From: a virus
Lineage: Duplodnaviria > Caudoviricetes
IMG/VR virus record: IMGVR_UViG_2609460327_000001
Location: 142,308-206,307 of that record
Length of the DNA stretch: 64,000 nucleotides
Strand: one strand, 5' to 3'
Below, in pieces: positions 29,969 through 39,184 of the stretch; the stretch's first letter is position 1; every line of letters begins with the position of its first letter. The position numbers and the translations under genes were made by a program. The notes under the pieces were generated by a model. It saw only the letters and a list, made by a program, of their open reading frames with translations, had not been told where the DNA came from and made no database searches.

Positions 29969-29979
29969 GGGGAAACGAA

Positions 29980-30258
29980 ATGTTAACAAGCGTTCGCAAA
30001 GCTCTTGAATATCTAGCAATTACGCCGGCTGTCGTTCAATTGGTCTTCACCTTGGTTGCTCTTTTCGAAACAGAGGGCAACGGTGCAGAGAAGAAACAGG
30101 CTGTTCTTGATACTGTCAGAGTAGTCTACGCAGAGGTTAATGGAGTGTTCGCACTTAAAGTCTCTGAGTCGTTCGTTCTGAGAGTTGCAGGAAGCACTGT
30201 CGATATTGTTGTCAGCTTCCATAATCTCGTTGGCACGTTTAAAAAGAAAGAAGCTTAA
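29980..30258 (+). CDS. Small holin-like protein
   Basis: Hydrophobic N-terminus and G.GAEKK motif typical of small Bacillota phage holins; adjacent to the holin gene. Confidence 0.5.
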   Translation: MLTSVRKALEYLAITPAVVQLVFTLVALFETEGNGAEKKQAVLDTVRVVYAEVNGVFALKVSESFVLRVAGSTVDIVVSFHNLVGTFKKKEA

Positions 30259-30275
30259 TACTTCTATCTCTTTCT

Positions 30276-30309
30276 AGCGCAAGATATCTCTCGATATCTT
30301 GCGTTTTTT
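30276..30309 (+). terminator. Intrinsic terminator ending the virion/lysis operon
   Basis: Stem gcgcaagatatc/gatatcttgcgt followed by a T run. Confidence 0.8.
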
Positions 30310-30320
30310 CAATTTTTCTC

Positions 30321-30368
30321 TTGATTCCTAAAATTCAGCGTGCTATCATACAAATGTAACGCATTACA
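30321..30368 (+). promoter_or_regulatory. SigmaA promoter (TTGATT-17-TATCAT, extended -10) with operator TGTAACGCATTACA at +1
   Basis: -35 at 30321-30326, -10 at 30344-30349, operator at 30355-30368. Confidence 0.75.
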
Positions 30369-30435
30369 TTTAGGTGTTGCTTCGGCATCTGTTGAAGAAT
30401 ATAATAAGAAAGCAGTCAGTATACAGGAGGCGTCT

Positions 30436-31638
30436 ATGAGACCTACAATTGAGAAATACCTTCCGGACATGGATCAGATCAAAAAGATCCGTGAGTCTTT
30501 GAAGGAATGTAAGGACGAATGGCTAGAAACCAAACCGGGGAGCGGAAAGAAACCTGCAAGTAAGTATATGGGCGTAAACACCGTTCGCCAAATTTTAGAT
30601 AACGCTGTGTCAGGATATACGTATTGGGACTTCGGCTTGATTGATAATTGGAGAGAAGAAGTCTACAAGTATGATAAGGATTCCAAGACATGGTCCTTTG
30701 ATGGATATGTTTATCACGCTCGCGGCTTCCTGTTCATTCCCGGACTTGGCCAGCGTGAGCAATATGGTTGCAAAATTGCTGTCGGCGGCAAGGATAATCA
30801 AGACAGTGCTTATAAGGCAGCTGCTTCTAATGTCTTAGTAAAAGCGGCATCACTCTTTGGCGTAGGCGAGTCTATCTATTCCAAAATTAAAGTCGAAACG
30901 GATGCTGATGAGGAACAAAACGCTTATGATCAAATGCAGCAAAGCGGACAGTATCAATTCCAACACCAACCGCAAGGTGGGTTCCAGCAGCCGCAAGAAA
31001 CTTATGCTCAGCCTCAGCAAAGCTTCGGACAGCCTTATACTGATCCGTATCAACAACAGCAACAGCAAGCTTATTTCCAACCTACGCCTGAACAGCAGCA
31101 GCAGTTTTCACAACAACAGCAAGGTGGCTTTAACGGACAGTGGGGCGCACCACAACAGCAAACGAACTGGGCTGTAGATGTAAATAACGAGGCTAACGGA
31201 AATTTTAATGTAGCGCCAGAGCTTCATGAAGATCAATATCCATTTAATCCTCATGAGCCAAACACACCAGAAGCCATTGCTTGGGATCAGCGCAATCTGC
31301 CGAACAAGCAACCAGAAGCTGCTAAAGAGCAGTCGTTCCAAGCGACCCCTCAAGCGGAAGCAACGCCGCAAGCATTCAAGGCTGAAGCTAAACCAGTTGG
31401 CGCGCCGGTTCAAACTGAGGCACAGAGTGCTCCGCAGCAAAGTGCTATTCCGCCGCAATGGGATCAGGTTGAGATACAAAAGATACATCAGCACAAGGCA
31501 AGGCTCAATATACAAACCGATAACGACATGCTTCCTTTACTCAGAGAGTTCTTGAAGAAAGAGGATGCAGTTCCAGGCGATTTAACTCCGGGGAATTTAG
31601 CTGAATTTAATATCTTCTTGGAGAAGTTTGCCGCCTAA
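30436..31638 (+). CDS. Rad52/Sak-family single-strand annealing protein with Q-rich linker
   Basis: RBS aggagg. KYMGVNTVRQILD...AYKAAASNVLVKAASLFGVG matches the Rad52/Rad22 pattern. Confidence 0.75.
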   Translation: MRPTIEKYLPDMDQIKKIRESLKECKDEWLETKPGSGKKPASKYMGVNTVRQILDNAVSGYTYWDFGLIDNWREEVYKYDKDSKTWSFDGYVYHARGFLFIPGLGQREQYGCKIAVGGKDNQDSAYKAAASNVLVKAASLFGVGESIYSKIKVETDADEEQNAYDQMQQSGQYQFQHQPQGGFQQPQETYAQPQQSFGQPYTDPYQQQQQQAYFQPTPEQQQQFSQQQQGGFNGQWGAPQQQTNWAVDVNNEANGNFNVAPELHEDQYPFNPHEPNTPEAIAWDQRNLPNKQPEAAKEQSFQATPQAEATPQAFKAEAKPVGAPVQTEAQSAPQQSAIPPQWDQVEIQKIHQHKARLNIQTDNDMLPLLREFLKKEDAVPGDLTPGNLAEFNIFLEKFAA

Positions 31639-32324
31639 TGAATCGAGATGGGTTGATTTATCAGCTCTCAGGATGGTTCGTATGCACGATAGTCGGTATT
31701 CCGATACAGAATGCCGACTCTCGTATCCGGACTAACATATCATCTATTCAGAAATTAGTTAAGGATGGATGGGAGCTGGAAGAGATTCAAGCAGAGATCG
31801 AGAAGTTTGCCCAAGATTACCCGGATATGGTCAAACGAATTTATATGCTTGAAGAGATTTTCGCCACAAAGAAACCACCGAAGAATATCATGAATCCGGA
31901 TATCTTCTACTATCACAACCGGCTGAGGGAAACTTCTCCTGCGCCTAAGATGCGTAAAGGACCGGACGGCAAATATATTCAAGAAGTGGAGCCGTTCTTC
32001 TTGGAGATGAAGAAACGCTTTACGATGGAAGAACTGCTTGAGTACTGGTATGAAAAGATGAACATTCAGAGCAATCCTCATATGATTAAGCAGGATGAAG
32101 GAAAATTTAATTACTTACTCGGCATCTATGATCTGGACGAAATCCTGTTTGCCATCGATGAAGCAAAGCGCATTCGCTTAAGCTGGCAACGGAGCCTTCT
32201 TCGAAACGCTTTTGATATTGAGAAATATGTAGATGAAGCTAGAGAGACGATATCACAAAAGAAGAATATTCATCAGATACATGGGATTAACCGAGTGATT
32301 CGAAAACAGGTGATCGCACAGTGA
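31638..32324 (+). CDS. Hypothetical replication-module protein
   Basis: 228-aa ORF coupled to the flanking genes. Confidence 0.7.
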   Translation: MNRDGLIYQLSGWFVCTIVGIPIQNADSRIRTNISSIQKLVKDGWELEEIQAEIEKFAQDYPDMVKRIYMLEEIFATKKPPKNIMNPDIFYYHNRLRETSPAPKMRKGPDGKYIQEVEPFFLEMKKRFTMEELLEYWYEKMNIQSNPHMIKQDEGKFNYLLGIYDLDEILFAIDEAKRIRLSWQRSLLRNAFDIEKYVDEARETISQKKNIHQIHGINRVIRKQVIAQ

Positions 32325-33418
32325 ATGAGTTCCAGCTTTTTGTGGAATGCGGAGCGGACACCAATTCGGAAAAGTTTCCATTTACACGAAAGCATTATAT
32401 GCATCCTTCCGAGACCATCAAGTTTCGGAATTACTACAACAACATAGGCGTCTATGAGACTGTAATGCAATACATTAACCCTGAGTTCTTTCAAAATGAA
32501 AAAGGGAAATGGGTATTGAATGCAAGGGATGCTCTGAAATGGGGCGATCTTTATCTGGACTTTGATAAGCCATTAGAGACAGAAGAGGATTACACCAAAT
32601 TAAAGTATGACGTGCATATTGCCTTTCGTTATCTTAAGCATATTCTTTCAATCGAGCCTGATCAGATCAATGTATTTTATTCGGGACACAAAGGGATTCA
32701 CTTGACTGTCAGCGGACATGTGCTTGGGCTAAATCCGCACGTATCCCTGAATCAAATCTACCGTGAGATTGCACTTGATATCGCGAAGTACACACTGTTT
32801 GGAACAATGGATACAGCAATATACGATGATAAGCGCATGTTTCGAATGGTCAACTCCTTCAATAAGAAGGGTGGTCATTATAAGATACCCATAACGCAGC
32901 AGGAGCTTCGCACTTGTACACTAGAACAAATTAAGGAACTGGCAAAAGAACCGAGATTCCTTCAACCTGCTCCACTGGTAACATCAAATAGAGCTAAGTT
33001 ATCCCTTGATCGGTACATCCAAAAATGGACCGAACGGAATATAAAAGCAAAGGAATACCAAGGGAAGATTCGCAAGCTAGAAACTCTGCCGCCATGCATT
33101 CAGACCATGCTTGAGCGTACATTTAAAGAAACTGTGGACGAGCGTAATAACTCTGGGACTGCACTTGCCAGCTTCTATATGCAGCAAGGAATGGAACGAG
33201 ATGAAGCAATGGCGCGGATGCTCATATGGGGCGAAGAGAACTGCATGCCTCGATTGAACAGAAGAGATATCGAAACTATTGTGAACTCAGTTTATAACGG
33301 ACAATACCGATACGGCTGTGAAGCTTTTGCTAGACTGAGCGGCGTATGCGATAAAGATAAATGTCCTCTCTTTAATAAAGAGTTGAATAAAAAAGCAGAG
33401 GAAGAGAAAAAGGCCTAA
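32321..33418 (+). CDS. Archaeo-eukaryotic-type primase with C-terminal PriCT/Cys-rich domain
   Basis: LYLDFD (DxD), SGHKGIH, D.AIY..KRMFR; PPC...RNN; CEAF...VC...CP. Confidence 0.8.
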   Translation: MNEFQLFVECGADTNSEKFPFTRKHYMHPSETIKFRNYYNNIGVYETVMQYINPEFFQNEKGKWVLNARDALKWGDLYLDFDKPLETEEDYTKLKYDVHIAFRYLKHILSIEPDQINVFYSGHKGIHLTVSGHVLGLNPHVSLNQIYREIALDIAKYTLFGTMDTAIYDDKRMFRMVNSFNKKGGHYKIPITQQELRTCTLEQIKELAKEPRFLQPAPLVTSNRAKLSLDRYIQKWTERNIKAKEYQGKIRKLETLPPCIQTMLERTFKETVDERNNSGTALASFYMQQGMERDEAMARMLIWGEENCMPRLNRRDIETIVNSVYNGQYRYGCEAFARLSGVCDKDKCPLFNKELNKKAEEEKKA

Positions 33419-33570
33419 GCGTCCCTTAGAGGGTTGTGTTTTTATACGCACCTTGTAAGGGGCAGCTTAGGACCCTGCTCGAACCTCAACTTCACCCAAC
33501 ACACAACACACAGGGATCTCTCCCTGTGTAATGCTTACGAACACTCGCAGGTATTACACGGGAGAGAGAT
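33414..33570 (+). ncRNA. Candidate structured intergenic RNA (two long imperfect hairpins with alternative pairings)
   Basis: Stems at 33414-33471 and 33516-33570 with several G-U-compatible mismatches. Confidence 0.5.
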
Positions 33571-33592
33571 AAGCCGTATGGAAGGAGCAGCT

Positions 33593-34696
33593 ATGAGCAA
33601 TACACAGCCAGGACAATTTAGTTTTACGGACATCATGCATCAAGTTGAAAGACAAATGCAGCAAGATCCAAATGCATTCGGCTTTGAGCCCGAAATGAGA
33701 AAAAAGGTTATTGTTACAAATGTCGAGGGAATACTTGGTCGTCCGTTAAACAGAATCGAAGAAAAGATGCTCCGCAATATCATGAATATGGATGCTCACT
33801 CATGGGCCAGAGGGAAAAACGGGGGATTAATTTCAGGGTTGCAATCATTCGATGACGCCTTTGAAGGCGGGGCTCAGCCTGGGCTTATCTTATTTGCCGC
33901 TGCACCAAACGTCGGTAAATCCGCCTACATGCTTCAAGTATGTAAAGGAATATCAGAGAGAAATGAAAAGGTCTATGTTTCGTATCATTCGCTTGATGAT
34001 GCCAATAACGATCTTATGCCGCGCTATATTGCCAACGATCAACAAATCACGATCGGCCAAGCAAAGTCGCCAGCTAAGTATGAAGACGATGAAGAGATTA
34101 TCAATAAGCGTAATGAAGGAATCAAGAACCTGTATCGCAGAGTAGACCGCTTCGGCATGTTCGATTCCAATGATATGACCAGCGTTGAAGCCATTGAAGA
34201 GCACATCAAGGATATTAAGATGACGATGCCTGAAGGCACTCGAATCGTAATTGCAATTGACTCCTTCAATGACTTGACAGTAGAGAGCAAGACCTTCAGC
34301 AACAATGATGATAAGACGGCTCACGTATCTAAAACGATCAAAGGCTGGGCTACAAGATTTGATGTTGTCGTTATGTGTACAGCTCACTTGCGTAAAACGA
34401 ACGGCAAGCGTCCGATAGAGGATGATCTGAAGGATACAATCACTCTTCGTTATGAAGCAACAATGGTCTGCCTTATGTACAACGAAGTCGGCATCAAGGA
34501 AGAGAATGCTGAAATCTATTGGGTCGATGAAGATGAAGACTTGAAGATGCCTGTCGTGGAAGTGAAGTTCGCTAAGAATAAGCACGCATCCATGAAGAGT
34601 ACTAAGTTCTTTAATTTTATTCCCGATTACTCTCTGTTTATCCAAGCGGAAGATGAAGCTCAGCGCCGATTCGCCTCTAAGATTTATCAAAACTAA
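33593..34696 (+). CDS. dnaB: Replicative DnaB-like helicase
   Basis: RBS aaggag, Walker A AAPNVGKS, IAIDS and FAKNK motifs. Confidence 0.8.
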   Translation: MSNTQPGQFSFTDIMHQVERQMQQDPNAFGFEPEMRKKVIVTNVEGILGRPLNRIEEKMLRNIMNMDAHSWARGKNGGLISGLQSFDDAFEGGAQPGLILFAAAPNVGKSAYMLQVCKGISERNEKVYVSYHSLDDANNDLMPRYIANDQQITIGQAKSPAKYEDDEEIINKRNEGIKNLYRRVDRFGMFDSNDMTSVEAIEEHIKDIKMTMPEGTRIVIAIDSFNDLTVESKTFSNNDDKTAHVSKTIKGWATRFDVVVMCTAHLRKTNGKRPIEDDLKDTITLRYEATMVCLMYNEVGIKEENAEIYWVDEDEDLKMPVVEVKFAKNKHASMKSTKFFNFIPDYSLFIQAEDEAQRRFASKIYQN

Positions 34697-34708
34697 GGAG
34701 GAATTGAT

Positions 34709-35227
34709 TTGGATCAAATTAAGATCATGGCCAACACGCCAGACCAGAACCGGAACTATCTCCGGACTTACCTACAGGAAGAAATCTCCCAAAAGATTCG
34801 GCTAGAAGAAACCATTAAGCTTTATGAGGTGCAGTTGGACGAGCTAACTGAGGAAGTCGTTGATCAGGCGGAAACCATGCGGGCTATGAAGAATGATGAG
34901 ATGGCTGATAAAGCGTCAAGCCGATTGAGCCGTATGGAGCTCATGAAATTCACCGTTCAAAAGTATTTGCAGCATTTGAAAGAGCGGAATCATGAAATGG
35001 TAGAAGATAGCCAGGCTCACATGGTTGCTTTATCTGAAATCGAAATAGAACAAGGAGGCTTTGTTGCACTCCTGTTTGGCCTTCGAGACAATGTAGAATT
35101 TGAGCCAGTATCACAAGGGCTCACATTCGAGCCAGGGGGCAGCGTTGAATCTATTATCGGTACATCCCTAACCTCTTGGAAGGACAGCTCTCAGCTAAAA
35201 ATAACCCTAATACGGGAGGGGAACTAA
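34709..35227 (+). CDS. Hypothetical coiled-coil protein
   Basis: TTG start after aaggagg. Confidence 0.65.
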   Translation: MDQIKIMANTPDQNRNYLRTYLQEEISQKIRLEETIKLYEVQLDELTEEVVDQAETMRAMKNDEMADKASSRLSRMELMKFTVQKYLQHLKERNHEMVEDSQAHMVALSEIEIEQGGFVALLFGLRDNVEFEPVSQGLTFEPGGSVESIIGTSLTSWKDSSQLKITLIREGN

Positions 35228-36979
35228 TTGAGATACTCTTACTTCTTTAATGAAGAAAAGTCACACCGCATTGATTACTCATTCGAAGTCCAAAGCTATC
35301 GAGCTAGAAATAATGGAGACATTGAATTAGTCTTTATTGCTCGTGTAACTGAGTTCATTGATAACACACAAGCTCGAACAGAATCAAAGACAGGCACTTT
35401 CGTATTTCCTGCCGGTAATTCAAGTCATGACGTTGATCTGCAGCGCATCCGAATTGCTGAGCAAAACAAATGGGTCTTCCATGTGAAAAACAATAAGAAT
35501 GCCTCTCAAGATGTGATTGTAGGGCTAATTAGTAAGACGGCTGCTGCCAACCCATTAGGAGAAGACATTTACCATGATACTCCAAGCTATAAGGCAGAGC
35601 TGAAAGCAAACAACTTGGCCGTCCTTGAACAGGAGTATCAGCCGCCAGTGCTCACACAAACGCTTGTGTATACAACGTTTGCTACACCTGAGTACCCGAT
35701 TGGCTTTAGCTCCGAAACGGCTGAATATAATAGTCAGCGCTTAATGTATCAGTTGAAAGGATTCGAACAGATCCTCCCGCAGGAAATCGATGCTTATACT
35801 GCTTTCTCTGTTGAGATGAACATTGCTCCGCGCAATGTAGTTCCTAAAGGAAATTCAATCTTCTGGATAAATATTGATGGCGTCGGTCGCTTTGACTTCC
35901 AAAAAGAGAACATGGTGTATGTGAACGAAGGGGATGATTACAACAATGCTATTAAGATCCCTCTGGAAACAAGACTTACTCCAGATTTGTTCTATTATAA
36001 TAATGCATTTGTCCCTGCATCGAAGCTTACAATCTCCGGCAACGGCACTGGCAAGCTCACGATCACTTATTTTAACAAGCAATTTATCGTGGATTACAAT
36101 GCCGGCCAAACAATTCAGTTCGTCAACCTGATTGCACAGGAAGCCGAAATTAACGCTATGGCATTTAAAACGATGGCAGCTGCGACAGATATCGATCTAA
36201 CTGAAGGATCTGAAGTGTTCAGCGGCGGGGATCGACTTGGCATTGCTGGTGAATGGGATGCCAAGAATGCAATTGATAACAATGAAACTACAGCTTGGGG
36301 ATCAGTGCAAGCCGGTAACGTAGACGGTCTGGCATGGATTGGTTTTGATCTAAAGGTGCCAACCGGACTGCGGAACATTACATTTAAGCAGTCAGAGGAT
36401 TGTGGGGTAGACCTTATAGATATCGAAACATCTGAAGATGGCAACACATGGACTTATGTTGAATCTGTCAGCACCCACAGTCAGCCACTTGTATCTATCG
36501 ATCTAAGCGTCAATGCCATAGCAAGATACTGGCGCTTAGTAGCTGCCTCACCGATCGTCAGCTTCCCTGATACCGGGGAAGCTTGGGAAGCGCGCATGGT
36601 GGATCAATCCTGGATCATTCATGAAGTTGAAATGTATCAGGCGCTAGAAGAGTCACTTCCGGCTCCAAGCGACCTGCAGGCAATTATCCAAGAGGATAAC
36701 ACCGTCAAGCTCACATGGACTTATGATGGTCCAGATGCTACCTTCCGTATTTATAACCGTGGAGTATTCCTTGGGATAGAAGTGGAAGGAGTTAATGAGG
36801 CGATTCTTTCTAATCTGATTGAGGACAAAGAATACAGCATTCAGGTTACAGCAAAATCAGGATCTATCGTATCTCCATCCAGTGAGCCTGTTACTTTTAC
36901 ATTGGATGATCCCCAAATTGAATGGGGAAATCGTATTCCGGTTTACCTCGATAACCTGGTCATTAAATTCTACAAATAA
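35228..36979 (+). CDS. Discoidin (F5/8 type C) plus fibronectin-III domain protein
   Basis: NAIDNNETTAW...ARYWRL; PAPSDL...LTW...YSIQVTA...S..SEPV. Confidence 0.7.
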   Translation: MRYSYFFNEEKSHRIDYSFEVQSYRARNNGDIELVFIARVTEFIDNTQARTESKTGTFVFPAGNSSHDVDLQRIRIAEQNKWVFHVKNNKNASQDVIVGLISKTAAANPLGEDIYHDTPSYKAELKANNLAVLEQEYQPPVLTQTLVYTTFATPEYPIGFSSETAEYNSQRLMYQLKGFEQILPQEIDAYTAFSVEMNIAPRNVVPKGNSIFWINIDGVGRFDFQKENMVYVNEGDDYNNAIKIPLETRLTPDLFYYNNAFVPASKLTISGNGTGKLTITYFNKQFIVDYNAGQTIQFVNLIAQEAEINAMAFKTMAAATDIDLTEGSEVFSGGDRLGIAGEWDAKNAIDNNETTAWGSVQAGNVDGLAWIGFDLKVPTGLRNITFKQSEDCGVDLIDIETSEDGNTWTYVESVSTHSQPLVSIDLSVNAIARYWRLVAASPIVSFPDTGEAWEARMVDQSWIIHEVEMYQALEESLPAPSDLQAIIQEDNTVKLTWTYDGPDATFRIYNRGVFLGIEVEGVNEAILSNLIEDKEYSIQVTAKSGSIVSPSSEPVTFTLDDPQIEWGNRIPVYLDNLVIKFYK

Positions 36980-36990
36980 GGAGAATCACA

Positions 36991-37356
36991 ATGTTAATTG
37001 GTAAACATTTTACAACCGAAGAGCTTATGACAATCATGAAAGACAAGATTACGGATCTGGATATGGAGACTCGTAAGCTGCAAAAAGAGTACAACGATTT
37101 AAACAAAGATATGGCTTCTAATCCACCTCAGAAGAATAAAGATGACGAACGCCCTATGAAGCTGAAGCAGCTTAGGGAGATCATTGAAGACAAAATGAAT
37201 GAAGGAGTTTGGCTAGAGCAAAAAGTCGATGAAGCTGAAAAAGCCATCGAAAAAGATCCTAATGTAGCCAGCCAAAAAACAATGTTGTCTCTAAACGACA
37301 TGCTCCGCCTAGGTGTTGAAGATCCGGAAGAGCCTGTTGTAGAAAACGAAGAATAA
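36991..37356 (+). CDS. Hypothetical coiled-coil protein
   Basis: RBS aaggag, 121 aa. Confidence 0.65.
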   Translation: MLIGKHFTTEELMTIMKDKITDLDMETRKLQKEYNDLNKDMASNPPQKNKDDERPMKLKQLREIIEDKMNEGVWLEQKVDEAEKAIEKDPNVASQKTMLSLNDMLRLGVEDPEEPVVENEE

Positions 37357-37371
37357 AGGGGATTTAAGTTC

Positions 37372-37965
37372 ATGGATTTTATGGAGAAAGCCTATCAAGG
37401 CGGCCTTACAGAGAGCGATCGCAGAGAGATGCTGGAACAATACAAAGCTGGCATGATGAAGCAGGAAAGCTTTAAGGCACCGAAAGGGAAGGTACTATCC
37501 AAAGAAGATCCGCTGAATATGCCAAGACATCAAGTGTACGGCGAGTGCATTCGTTTCCACGAATGCCCGCTGTGCTTTAAATGCAGAAACTTCAATTCTT
37601 CTGACTCCGAATGCCGCAGCTGTATCCTCTTTGAAGAGGGCTCCATTTGCAATACAGAAAAGCATAACGAGAAGATTCTGAACATGATGATCCGCAGGCA
37701 GCGTGTTGATTTGGATGGAACTGACTTCAAATTATTTGATGTGCATTGCGAGGATGGCCACAGCGGGGTGCACAAGATTATCTTGCCTGGTGGCAAAGTT
37801 ATTTTACGCAGCGAAGAAGAGTCGGATGCTGATACATCAACGATGATCCCATTCATCGGGCAGAAGCTTGAGTACTTCGTTAATAACGAATCCCAAGGCA
37901 AATTCATCCTGAAAGATGCTGACCATTTAGGCGTCTTCTCTTTAAAGGAGGTTAACGCAAAATGA
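37372..37965 (+). CDS. Cys-rich hypothetical protein
   Basis: CIRFHECPLCFKC...CRSC...C. Confidence 0.65.
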   Translation: MDFMEKAYQGGLTESDRREMLEQYKAGMMKQESFKAPKGKVLSKEDPLNMPRHQVYGECIRFHECPLCFKCRNFNSSDSECRSCILFEEGSICNTEKHNEKILNMMIRRQRVDLDGTDFKLFDVHCEDGHSGVHKIILPGGKVILRSEEESDADTSTMIPFIGQKLEYFVNNESQGKFILKDADHLGVFSLKEVNAK

Positions 37966-38138
37966 ATCTAACAGTAAAAGAACACATGGATTATATTCAA
38001 CTGCTCATAGATGCTCGCAATTCGGGGCTTCATGATGCTGAGGGTCCTCTTAGGAACGCGATTATTCTATTCGATCGCAGATATATCAGGCCACCGAAAC
38101 TTGAAGAGCCAGAGGTAAGACCTAGTGAAAAAGAATAG
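37962..38138 (+). CDS. Small hypothetical protein (58 aa, not in the ORF track)
   Basis: RBS aaggagg, ATGA overlap, MNLTVKEHMDY. Confidence 0.6.
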   Translation: MNLTVKEHMDYIQLLIDARNSGLHDAEGPLRNAIILFDRRYIRPPKLEEPEVRPSEKE

Positions 38139-38346
38139 CCCTATGAGCTTTGAGCAGATTATGATCCAGCAATCTTATCAAAGCGTTGAGCAACCTGTGT
38201 ACTGTCGCTTTTGCGGAATGAATGTAAAAACCCCAAGCAGCAATTCTCCAGGAGGAAATAATGGAGCTTGGAGAAGAAATTTGGATTGGGAAATTAAAAA
38301 TCATTGCCATGTAAAATGTGCAAGCGAAAATCAAGGAGGACGCTAA
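38125..38346 (+). CDS. Small zinc-finger-like protein
   Basis: CRFC...HVKC; GTG start after gaggt. Confidence 0.55.
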   Translation: MKKNSPMSFEQIMIQQSYQSVEQPVYCRFCGMNVKTPSSNSPGGNNGAWRRNLDWEIKNHCHVKCASENQGGR

Positions 38347-38347
38347 C

Positions 38348-38833
38348 ATGTCAGAAGTAAAGCCAGCCGTACTTATTTTTAAAGAGGAATTGGAGCAATT
38401 TAACGATCCTGAGATTCAAAGTTTTACTCAGAATGCATTATCTATGGCGCCAGAAAGCTTCTACAATGATGAGGAGCTCGTTACTTATACAAAGAACGTA
38501 TACCGCATACTTATGGGTTTCTTGGGGGAAGAGTCCAAGATTCGAGGCCTAGCCGATGCATTCCGTGCAGGAGCTTTACTTCAGGATCTGTGCTTCAATG
38601 AAACTGGCGATGCGTATCGTCGTATTCATCCGGTTATGGTCCGCACCTTCCTTGCACCTCTGAAAAAAGATCTTCAGACTAATATCTTTGATGCCATTCT
38701 TGGCATGGTCGAAAGCCATGAGGCCGATCAATCTCCGTCCCCGTTGCTGGAACCAAAGCCAACAAATTCCGCTTTTTTATTGGCAATGGCCAACAAGGTT
38801 GCACGCTTCAATTTCATTGAATTTAAAGACTGA
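38348..38833 (+). CDS. HD-domain-like protein with degenerate active site
   Basis: APESFY...LVTYTK...GALLQDL...HP...VESH resembles phage HD hydrolases, but HD is replaced by QD. Confidence 0.55.
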   Translation: MSEVKPAVLIFKEELEQFNDPEIQSFTQNALSMAPESFYNDEELVTYTKNVYRILMGFLGEESKIRGLADAFRAGALLQDLCFNETGDAYRRIHPVMVRTFLAPLKKDLQTNIFDAILGMVESHEADQSPSPLLEPKPTNSAFLLAMANKVARFNFIEFKD

Positions 38834-38847
38834 GGAGCTGTATTTAA

Positions 38848-39177
38848 ATGGACAAAAATGTTGTAGCAAAAAAAGTAGTTGATCGCATCTCTCTAATCGA
38901 AGTGGAAACTGGCAAAGTCATCTTGGAAGTTGATGCTGATGACAATAGCGAAGAAATAAAAGGGCTGATAGAAAAATATACTTTTGACTTTACGATTGCT
39001 CATAAAAACGTGGTTGATCAATTAGCGAATGCTTTAATCATCTTAAAAAAGATGCCGCAGGATCATGATACGAGACGAATGATGGATTCAGTCAAGGATG
39101 CAATACAAATTGCAGATAGCATCTTCATAGATCATTACAGAAGCAGTCATCCGCAATACGAAAAAGAAATCAAGTAA
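38848..39177 (+). CDS. Hypothetical protein
   Basis: RBS gaggag, 109 aa. Confidence 0.6.
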   Translation: MDKNVVAKKVVDRISLIEVETGKVILEVDADDNSEEIKGLIEKYTFDFTIAHKNVVDQLANALIILKKMPQDHDTRRMMDSVKDAIQIADSIFIDHYRSSHPQYEKEIK

Positions 39178-39184
39178 AGTTTAA

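Noticed and set aside
30340-30435. Extended N-termini in the ORF track containing KCNAL (30340, 41780)
   Set aside because: These are translations of the operator palindrome; better starts with RBS lie at 30436 and 41822.
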